The notes beneath the pieces were generated by a model, which ran no database searches, was not told the DNA's origin, and worked only from the letters and a program-made list of their open reading frames with translations. A DNA stretch of 64,000 nucleotides from Octopus sinensis (taxonomy: Eukaryota): the NCBI RefSeq assembly GCF_006345805.1, contig NW_021836174.1, positions 3,756 to 67,755 on the forward strand, in the 5' to 3' direction. Shown in pieces: positions 1 through 64,000 of this stretch (positions are counted from its first letter, which is position 1; every line of letters starts with the position of its first letter). The position numbers were made by a program, and so were the translations under genes.

Positions 1-400
1 ATTAAGTCAATTTCATTGACCCCAGGGCGTAATTGGTACTTAATTAATCGACCCCCGAAAGGATGAAAGGCGAAGTCGACCTCCGCGGAATTTCAACTCA
101 GAACGTAGCGACATGCGAAATACCGCCAAGCATTTCGCCTGGCGTCCTAACGATTCTGCCAATTCGCCACTTTAATAATAATAATAATAATAATAATCCT
201 TTCTACTATAGGCGCAAGGCCTGAAATTTTGGGGAAAAGGGCCAGTCGATTATATCGATCTCAGTACACAACTGGTACCTAATTTATCGACCCCGAAAGA
301 ATGAAAGGCAAGGTCGACCTCGGCAGAATTTGAACTCAGAACGTAACGGCAGACGAAATACGGCTACGCATTTCGCCCGGCGTGCTAACGATTCTGCCAA
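1..400 (-). mobile_element. Two tRNA-derived SINEs (family A)
   Basis: Reverse complement of GAGTTCAAATTCCGCCGAGGTCGACTTTGCCTTTCATCC core at 1-170 and about 197-400. Same family recurs at about 3408, 7462, 13095, 13440, 13675, 21070, 23115, 24700, 50240, 54630, 59890. Confidence 0.8.
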
Positions 401-402
401 CA

Positions 403-742
403 ACAAGAGCGCTCGGAGAGCACAAACCTCCGCCAAGGCAACAGCAATGTCCTCTCAACGATCAGCTGGAGATGATTTTTAAAATGAGAATATCTGAAAT
501 AATCTCGATTGCTCTCACAAACGAGAATACTAAAAATGAACCCGACCGCTCTAAAAAATTAAGTAAAACAAAAAAAACGTAAAAATAATCTAGAATCTTT
601 GTCAGTTCGTGCCAGTCATGAGGCGAAACATCCCTGAAAATTTCATCCGAATCCATGCAACGGTTCTTGAGATATCTAGTCCTCCGACAAGCAAACAAAC
701 ACTACTAACAACAATACCTCAGCCTTCGCTAAGGCGAAGGTA
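403..742 (+). mobile_element. Helentron-associated-like non-autonomous element
   Basis: ACCTCCGCCAAGG near 5' end; terminal hairpin CCTTCGCTAAGGCGAAGG. Confidence 0.4.
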
Positions 743-2856
743 ATGATGATGATGATGATGATGATTATAATAATAATAATAATAATAATAATGATAATAA
801 TAATAATAATAATAAGGTACAGAAACCTATTTGAAAATGGTACCAGGTTTATCATCCCTGCAGGATGTGCAAAAAATCGTGTTAACTGGAACGGCTCATG
901 TACTGAGAAGAGCATTATCGCTGTGGAAACAACATCCAGTCATGAATTTATTTATTCATTAATTTTTTTAATACATATTTTACCTGTGAATTTGCGTGTG
1001 TAATCAGGGAATGCATACAACGAACTTCTCTACCCTAGGTGTACGGAAAACATTCGGCGAGAAACGGAAGAAAATTTGAAGGAAGGAAAAATAATAATAA
1101 TAAGAAGAAGAATAACAACAACAACAACTGATTTTAATTTGCCATTAAGGAATAGTTATACAACAATGAAAATGTGCTTAAAGTGTGGGCTTTTGATATA
1201 CTAAGTATATCAAAATAGAACACACAAAGGATGAGAAGAATGGATGAGTTAAACATTGCCAAAAAAGTATACAATGTTTAAAGACAATAAAGAAATATAA
1301 TAGGAAATCGCACAACAAGGGAAACAAGATATATGTTTTAATGAGGGCAAACATCTACACTTCGATGGGAGGTGCGTACTCTTCAAATTTTGCAGGTACT
1401 GTTTAAGGTTGGTAATCAAGGAACGGTCTTTGATTTCTTGTAATAGGCAAGAAAGGGTCCATGTCCTGCTGTTTGTTGATGTGCAGCACAGAGTTAAGAG
1501 TATTTGATTCATGAACGTTGGGTCGTGAGTTCGATTTTTTTTTAAACTCTTCCAAAACGTTCAGCATCGTCCACTTCCTTCGGAACTTTCTGTTGTTGCT
1601 GTCGATTGCGCTCTCTTTCCGTCTCAGCACAGTCTTTGCTTTAGTTTATTGTCGGAAGAAAGAGTCCCTCGGTTTCCTGGTCGACTTCTGGAACTGGGAA
1701 CGAAGCGATTTCTTCCAGTAACTCCGATTTTGTGTGTAACATTGCTTGAGTAGAAGCAGAACCTCATGATCTGCCACTATTTCTGCTTCTGTTCATCTCT
1801 TGTGGGTACGCGGCCCTTAAATGATTTGCTGCTATAAATATGAGCAGTAGCTGAGCTGTTTTTTCTCAACGATCGTAAAAGCCTTTCTTTTTGCTATCTA
1901 TTACAGAGTACAACGCTGTGATCGTTGTGTACACTTGTTTTCGCCTTTCGCCGTTTCCTCTGGTCTCTTGAGAACAACAACGCTTGTGACAAGCTGTCAG
2001 TGGTATTTCTGGACAGCACAACACCTGCTGTTATCTGTTGTCCTTCACGTCTCTTGAGAACAACACCTGTTTATGACCTGTTGTCGGGGTTGTCTCTTGA
2101 GGACAACACTTCTTGTCACCTATTGTTGGTGATGTCTCTACTGCTTTTTATTTGTAAGAAATCCCTTAAGTGTTCCTTACTGCCACATATATATATTAGC
2201 CGGGGTTTTATGTCCAACAATAATGCTAATATATGAAAGAAAGGTTTTGAAGGGTTTCCCTTGTATAACACTCTCGGTAATAATAGCATTTTGAAACATT
2301 TCTTTAAAAATGGGGTAATTTTGAGTAAAAAGAAAATGTTCTTTGTCCGGCTTAAATATAAAGACATGGTGAATGAAGGTTGTCAGGCCTCAACATCAAA
2401 CCACTGTCATAAAGAAATAGAATGAAAGAATGAGATATAAGAATAAATAAATGACAACACAACCTTCTGTTGAAAACAAACTCAAATACTTTAACACACA
2501 AACAAGACAGTCCAGGATCAAAAACGTGTTTGCCTGGAATGATTTTCATTGTTGCAACTTCTAATTAACTCACCGTTGCAAAATTACAGACATTTAGTTT
2601 GCCAGTGTATCATTGTCTGATTTTTCATTGTTTAGCTTTCTTAATGACACTATAGTTTTATTATATATATTTTATTCTATTTTGATACATAGTAATTTAG
2701 AAATGCAAAAGGTTGGGTAGAAGGCAGAGCAAATATGTCAGTAAAAGTTCATCTCCATACAAAATAGTCACGACGTTCTCTTGTTATGTAACATGGAGCC
2801 ATCTGTTCCGTTTCTCATTTATCTTTCAAGGATGGTTGTCGACTGGAAAGAAAGTG

Positions 2857-3292
2857 GAATCTTTTCGGTTTGACCGGCAGTTTTTTAAAGTAATTTCCAC
2901 GTAACTAAACACTTTTAAACTTCGTATACTGGTAGAATGCGTTTATAAAACATCTTTTTTCTCTTGGCTTTATTGAGAAAATACTATAGTTTGTAAGATA
3001 TTTGTTGTTGTTTTTTCTTCAATTTCTGCAATTTCAACCAATCAATGACGTCTATTGAGGTGAAAACATTCTGTGCCGTATGAATATGTCCCTCGTTTAA
3101 GAAGCAGATTGGGTTTATTTACAATTCTGATGAAAAAAAAGATACCCTTCCCCCCACCCCTAACCCTAACTAACCCTAACTCTAACCCTAAAACAGAATG
3201 AAATGCAATAGATCGATACTAGGGTCATAATTATGGGTGACAATTTCATATGACACCGCTAGAAAAGACTGCCGGTCAAACCGAAAAAATCC
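2857..3292. mobile_element. MITE with about 27-bp TIRs, 8-bp TSD and internal telomere-like repeats
   Basis: TIR GAATCTTTTCGGTTTGACCGGCAGT / ACTGCCGGTCAAACCGAAAAAATCC; TSD AGAAAGTG; CCCTAA repeats at 3158-3191. Confidence 0.85.
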
Positions 3293-4874
3293 AGAAAGTG
3301 TTTAATCGTCGGACAAAATGCTGTTTTGGGATTCCTTTATGTTCCGAGTTCCAATCCGGACGGGCGCAAGCGACGTCCTTTGATGCCTGTTAATATTCAT
3401 CATTAAGTAAGGCAACAAGCAGGCAGAATCGTTAGTACGTTGGGCAAAATGTTTAACAGCATCTCGTCTGCCTTTACGTCCCGAGTTCAAATTCCGCCGA
3501 GGTCGATTTTGCCTTTCATTCTTTTGGGGCTGATAAAATAAATACCGGTTGAACACTTGGGCTGATATAATCGACTTACTCCCAGTCTCCGAAATTGCTG
3601 GCCTTGTGTCAAAATTTGAAACCAATATTCATCGTTGTCATTGTCAACCGCCGGGCATTATAGCCATGAGTCGTAGGACCCACTGAGGCCGGTTACCCAG
3701 TTTCCATGACGTATGAGTGAGCGAGAAGGCAGCACGCTTTATGAAAGAGTTACCTGGCTCTCGCAACGCTACTCGATTTCTCATATATCAGAGTGGACTG
3801 GAGCAACGTGAAGTGTTTTGCTCACAAACACAACACATCGCCCGTTCCGACAATGGAAACCACCATCTTGCGATCGTGAGTCACAAATCCACATGCCTCC
3901 ATCCGGCAAATACTGAATTCAAATTTTGGCACAAGACCAGCAATGTCGGGGTAGGGAATAAGTCAGTTACATCAGCCCTAGTGTTCAACTGGTAATTATC
4001 AGAAGAAATGTCGCTAAGCCTTTTTTTTTCTTGCACGGTAACAATTCTATCAGCTCTCCGTCAAATTTTTCGGTTGTTTTTTCGTTTTTAGAACTTTTAG
4101 TTGAATGTATCGTCCCCAGAATTATTTTTACTTGTTGCAGTTTTTAGACTGCGGCCGGCGATGCTGGGGTACCACCTTGAAGAATTCCAATTTTTAAGTA
4201 AACAAAATATATTCAATCGAAAAACATCTATATCCCTCAAAACATCTATGTTCCTTGTGTTTTAATTACTTTCTTCGTTTTTAAAATAATTCAACTTATT
4301 TTAAAATAGTGAATACCATTCTCTTTCCTTTATAAACTTTTATTAAATTTTATTACAAGAACTCTGTATTATCGGAAATGCAGGTTTTTATAAAAGTGAA
4401 ATACAAGGGTTTCTCAGAACACCCTTTAGAAAATAGTGCAGGAACTTATTTTAAGCTTTTGATTTTGAATTGTCTCTTCGATCCATGCTCATCATTTTAA
4501 GTTTATTAACACTTCGTTATTTATTTTTCTTGATAAGATGTCATTATATTTCAATTAACATTCTGGAATGTTCTTGTAATATTCTGAAAAATTCTTGACT
4601 GCTAGATAAACTGAGGCGTGTATAATTATGTGAACAAGCGAAAAATTAACTTATTCAGAAAAAACATTCAGTGCGGGAAAATTTCATTGAAATTGTGAAA
4701 CTCTGTAGAAAAAGGGTCGGGTTTAGAAGTTTAGGTAAATTTTGGGAAGTACACTCGCACGCGTTTCACTAAGAAAAAAGAAACCCTCGGATTTTTGCGT
4801 GGAACCAAGTACCCTGACCTCTTAATGTGTTACAAACTCGTTATTTTTGTTCGGAAAAAAGGGTTAGGGAAATC

Positions 4875-5430
4875 GTCAGGAAGGCTGAGAGGGTACTAGC
4901 ATCACTCAGTAAGACCTTAGTCAGCCGCTCTCCAGCTCTCTACACTTGGAATTTTCATCACCAGTCTGGAACCCATATCTTGCTCAGCATATAAATCTCC
5001 TGGAAACTGTTCAGAAATGTGCAACAAAACTAATACCCGCCGCCAGACATCCACCATATTCTGAACGTCTTGCATCCCTGGACATGGATACATTGGACCT
5101 CAGATGTCTGGCAACTGACTTGGTTGACACCCAGAAGATTTTTCACCATCTTTCTAACAACAACCTTGGGCACCTTTTTGAATTCCATATGTCAAACATT
5201 CGCGGACATGCTTATAAAATCATAAAACAATACAACACCCATGATTTTCAGAATTGCCGAAGCATAGAATAAACTTCCTGCATCAGTTGTTAGATGTCGA
5301 GACACTACATCCTTCAAAATTTCCATGTGTCCTGAAATCCGCCAGCACTACACCTGATGGCCTTTTTTTATTATTTATTTAGTTGTAGTGCACCTGAGCA
5401 CTGTATACAACAATCTCCTTCATCATTATA
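4875..5430 (+). mobile_element. CR1-type LINE 3' fragment, degenerate
   Basis: LEFSSPVWNPY..LLETVQKCATKLI; homologous to the 32335 copy. Confidence 0.85.
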
Positions 5431-5451
5431 TATATATACGTGCGTGCGTGC

Positions 5452-5487
<36 letters not shown>

Positions 5488-5687
5488 TGACTTTCTGTGC
5501 AACATTTTATGGTTGTTAGTCAATGTAATATCACACACCCCACTTCTGTTCCCACTCAGAGGTATCCCACACAGTGTTCAATATTATTTGGTGCATGACT
5601 TTCTCTCTTTTCTATCCATTTCTCTATCCTTCTCCTCTCCCCTCTTGTATGCAAAACCTTCCCCATCTATACCTGCATTTGTCATGA

Positions 5688-5691
<4 letters not shown>

Positions 5692-5721
<30 letters not shown>

Positions 5722-6318
5722 GGCTCAGCTTCACGAACGAAGATCAGGAAGGCTGTCCACGTCGCGTGCATGCACGCTCATGACTGACAAGTCCAATATG
5801 GGAAAGGCAGGTCCGTGAGCAGTGTCCACAGACGAAGGTAACATCCGGTGTGGTGTCAGAGGCGGCTCGCACCTTCCTCCTGCGTCTCTTGTCTTTAAGC
5901 GCGTCTCTTCTTTGTTCCTCAAACTTGCTGACTGCGTTGAAGATCGTGTGGTGCCAGACATCACGGTCCGCAGCCAGGTCTGACCAGCATTGGTGGTCAA
6001 TATGACATGCTGTTAGAGACTTCTTGAGGCAATCTTTGTAGCGCTTCCTCGGAGCTCCTCTCACTCTGTGGCCGGTAGAGAGTTCGCCAAACAGGGCAAT
6101 CTTTGGAAGGCGATGGTTCTCCATTCTGGTGACATGCCCTGCCCATCGGAGGTGGGACTTCAGTAGCATGGCTTCAATGCTGGGGATCTCGGCCCTCTCC
6201 AAGACTTCAATGTTTGTGACGAAGTCACTCCAGTGAATGTTGAGGATGGTGCGGAGACATCGCTGGTGGAAACGCTCGAGGAGACGGATGTGACTGCGGT
6301 AAGTGATCCAGGTCTCTG
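5692..6318 (-). mobile_element. 5'-truncated RTE-clade (BovB-like) LINE
   Basis: LERFHQRCLRTIL, LRWAGHVTRM..RLPK, CGHCSRTCLSHIGLVSHERAC; (GAT)n tail. Confidence 0.9.
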
Positions 6319-6549
6319 ATAATGTTGACATTGAAATAAATCCACATTTTTCATTTAAAAAATTTGAACCTGGGTTTCTACCCACTAAACAATTTTTTTT
6401 TTTTTTGCTGAGCCACTGACAAGAGTAGCACCATTAACATTCCTACCACCACCACCACATCGTTGCGAACAACGCTATAAACTACGACAGCAACAACATC
6501 GATCAAGGAGACATTGACAAAGCAGTGTCGGATTTATGGTAGCTGTCAA

Positions 6550-6615
6550 GTAGTAGTAGTAGTAGTGGTAGTAGTAGTAGCAGTAGTAGTAGTAGTAGCA
6601 GTAGTAGTAGTGGTG

Positions 6616-6647
<32 letters not shown>

Positions 6648-7458
6648 GGTGGTGGTGACGGTAGTGGTAGTAGTAGTGGTAGTTGTTGTAGTAGTAGTAT
6701 TAGTAGTTGTAGTAGTAGTAGTAACAGCAGCAGCAACAGTATCAACCGCCACAATGCCAACTGAAGCTCGGGGGTCTCACATGATCTGGAGATCTTTCAA
6801 AATTTGAAAGAGGTCAACGTTTTGTATCAGTCAGTTAAAGAAGAACTGAGAAGGTTCGTTGGAGAGACAACAAAACAAGGGTCTCCTTCTCCACGGTCAA
6901 CTTATAGTAAAGACTGGTACAGCTGTTGTTGTTGATTACGATGATGATGATGATAATGCTGTCACCATCGTCGTCGTCGTCACCACCACCACCTCCACCA
7001 TCGTCATCATCATAGTCATTATATTCTGTTTTTGTTGCCACTTTGCGCTCCTCGTCCTCCTCTTCCTATCATCACCATCATAACCACCATTAACACCAAC
7101 CTCACCAAAAGAGCTACTATCACTACTACTACTACTACTGCTGCTGCTACTGCTGCTGCTGCTCATACTACACCTACTACACCTACACCTACTACTACTA
7201 CTATTACTCCTACACCTACTACTACTACTACACCTACACCTACTACTACTATTACTCCTACACCTACTACTACTGCTGTTGCTGCTGCTACTACTACTAC
7301 TACACCTACACCTACTACTACTATTACTCCTACACCAACTACTACTGCTGTTGCTGCTGCTGCTACTACTACTACTCCTACACCTACTATTACTACTACA
7401 CCTACCACTACTACTACTACAACTACTACTACACCTACTACCACTACTACTACTACTT
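6550..7458. repeat. Compound trinucleotide microsatellites (GTA/GTG, CAT/CAC, CTA/CTG)
   Basis: Directly visible; explains the poly-V/T/L ORFs. Confidence 0.95.
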
Positions 7459-8065
7459 CTGTTTAGCGGTATTTCGTCTGTCGTTACGTTCTGAGTTCAA
7501 ATTCCACCGAGGGTTGATAAAATAAGTTGTAGTCGAGTATTGGGATTTATGTAATTGACTTACCCCATCCTTGAAATTGCTGGCCTTGTGCCAAATTTGG
7601 AAATCATTATTTATAGCTTTATATCTGATCTTAGATCCAATTCCAAAAGAAAAAATGAATCATAGTGTATGTTTGTGTGTGTGTGTGTGTAGAATATGTG
7701 TCCACATATGTTTGTCTTCCAAATTTCCCTATTAAAGTATTGGCCAGCCTAAGACTACACCAGAAGACACGTAGCTAGATTCCAGTACAGTGGAATTAGA
7801 ACCCAACCAGAATTCCCTAGAAGGACACAGCTTTACCTAATCTAAATTAATGCCACATCACAGTAATCCATCTCTCTCTTCTTCTCCCCCTTCTCTCTCT
7901 CTCCCTCTATCTATCTGTCTATCTATCTATTTATCTATCTTTCATCTCTCATATGTAATTATGATGTAATTAATAAAGGTGATTAATTCTTCCATCTAAT
8001 CATATTTCAGTCATATGTAATGGTATCTAAAAAATGTCTAAATATGATTCCTTTGATTATTGTAG

Positions 8066-62211
<54,146 letters not shown>

Positions 62212-62439
62212 GTAAGCTGCAATTTTTTTATGTTCATTTGTGACATTTGTAAAAACAAATCTCAATGTTCCTCTTTGATGTACTGTTTAAATAGTTTTGT
62301 CTCAATTACTTAATGAAGTAACTGCCACATTTTTTGGCCTGCAATCGAATTTTTCAAACCCAACTTTACAACCATAAAATATAGGACCAAAGATTCCATG
62401 TGAAATACTACATGTTTTGAGAAGCAAATAATGATGTTT

Positions 62440-62852
62440 GAATGTTTATACTAAAGGTTTATGCTACATGTTTACACCGGATATTTGCCCATTGCTACAG
62501 TGCATACTTACACTACATACTTACACTGTATATTTACACTACATGCTTACACTACTTGTTTACACTGTATGTTTATGCAACATGTTTACACTCCATGTTT
62601 ATACTGCATACTTACACTACATGCTTATACTGCATGTTCACACTACATTTTTACACTACATGTTTGTTCTACATGTTTTACATTGGATGCTTACACTGCA
62701 TGTTTTCACTACATGTTTACACTGCATGTTTGAACTTCATGTTTACTCTATGTCTACACGATAGTTTTGCACATATTTACACTGCATGCTTACACAGTAT
62801 GTTTACACTACATGTTTAAACATGTTTGCACTGCTTGTTTACACCACATGCT
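62440..62852. repeat. Degenerate minisatellite, about 14-bp unit
   Basis: TTTACACT(A/G)CATG variants. Confidence 0.8.
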
Positions 62853-64000
62853 ATTATTGACTTGTATGTCAGAAAATACTGTGGTTCACTTAACAAAAAG
62901 AATTTTCCAAGGCAATGGTGTATTTGCGACTACATTTAAACGATGAACAGTTTGCAATTTATGAACTCGGTTTTTAATTTTTTAAAAATGCACATGCTTG
63001 CTTTGTAGCCATGAGATTTCAGGGTCAGTCTCATTGTGTGATGCCTTAAGCAAGTTATTTTTCACTATAGCCCTGAGTTGATCTTTGCATGCAATTTTGG
63101 TAGGCAGAAACTGTGTGAAAGAGCACATCATACATACATGAATGCTTGTATGTATGTATGAATGTATGTATGTGTTTTTGTGTTTGTCAATGCCACTTCT
63201 CAACAACTGGTGTTGGTTTGGTTATGTCTTGTAACTTAGCAGCTAAGCATGATAGACTAATGGAATAAGTACCAAACCTTAAGAGAACAATGAATAACTT
63301 CCCCAGCTGCAGTTCAATGACTGAAACAAGTAAGCGATAAAAGATAAAGATACATTGATCAGCAATGGATACCAAACAAATGATCGATATTTTGTTTCAT
63401 CTTTCTAGATTTATGGTATCCATAACCAAGTCCCTTATTTCTCAACAAGTGAGTCTACATAGCTATAGATTGGTACTAGAAATGGTATTATCTGGCAGTG
63501 GTACGACCAGAATTCATCATTATTTTGCTGACCTATTCCTCTCACAAAAAAAAAAAAACTCCTACTATGATATATCTTAGGTGAAACTTGATGATACAAT
63601 AGTTTCAATAGGAGTTGAATATATCTTTTGTTTTTTGTTTAAGCAAGATCTCTCTGCAACTCATAAACTGCTTAAAAATTGTGTGTCTGTGTCTGTGCAT
63701 GTATGTGTGTATGTATATGTATGACACATGACACGTGACATGCAATTCCCAAAGGGGCTATTTTACAACAAACTGGTAAGCGCACACAAGGTGGACAGAA
63801 AAGGAACCTCACTGAAGGGCTTTGTGATCAACCCAAACACCTGGGGCATGCAAACACAACACTGCCCAGCCTGGCAAACGTGCACCAACAGAGGTTCCTC
63901 CTGATAGCAATGGAACAGGGGCTCATAGAAAACACCAGCTATATGAGTCCAGAGCCAACGTATAGCCTTCAGTCCCAGCAGACGACCAGTGCCCAAGCTG

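Noticed and set aside
3150-3191. Telomeric repeats suggesting a chromosome end or fusion
   Set aside because: Short, degenerate and enclosed in a TIR element with a TSD.
4485-4598. Hydrophobic short ORF (MLIILSLLTLRYLFFLI..) as a possible signal-peptide exon
   Set aside because: It runs into a stop with no convincing phase-1 donor, and hydrophobicity is expected from T-rich DNA.
6503-7494. Poly-T/V/L and mucin-like ORFs in the ORF track (also 676-1003, 10066-10295, 17790-18133, 18691-19097 and the YIYI ORFs)
   Set aside because: They are translations of microsatellites, with no evidence of being exons.
63409-63448. Possible next LRP2 exon (ttctag|..caacaa|gtgagt)
   Set aside because: Its translation FMVSITKSLISQQ does not resemble the expected next blade (LFWSDWG..PRIERA), so it is not supported.

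Overview
AT-rich, repeat-dense animal genomic DNA. The SINE/RTE repertoire and microsatellite load suggest an octopus or other coleoid cephalopod (inference). The window is mostly the inside of one + strand gene, an LRP2/megalin-like LDL-receptor family member. I traced 25 GT-AG exons by hand (8066-62211, 4012 nt, one continuous frame): 2 LDLa, 2 EGF, YWTD propeller, EGF, propeller, EGF, 8 LDLa, 2 EGF, start of a third propeller. I found no start or stop codon for it in the window. The introns hold a very young Ty3/gypsy element (CsRn1-like, 25008-30074), a related solo LTR, RTE and CR1 LINE fragments, tRNA-derived SINEs, mariner/piggyBac/hAT-like MITEs and Helitron-like elements. The most notable feature is a set of type I hammerhead ribozyme motifs of the minimal, Penelope/retrozyme kind. 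A 3 x 600-bp tandem array (41549-43346) carries one intact hammerhead per unit, and a near-perfect 340-bp palindrome (11601-11940) carries one on each arm. Several degenerate copies occur elsewhere. A 57-bp triplication of an exon donor site creates stacked AG|GT mini-introns. All structures were read by eye, and coordinates of degenerate repeats are approximate.
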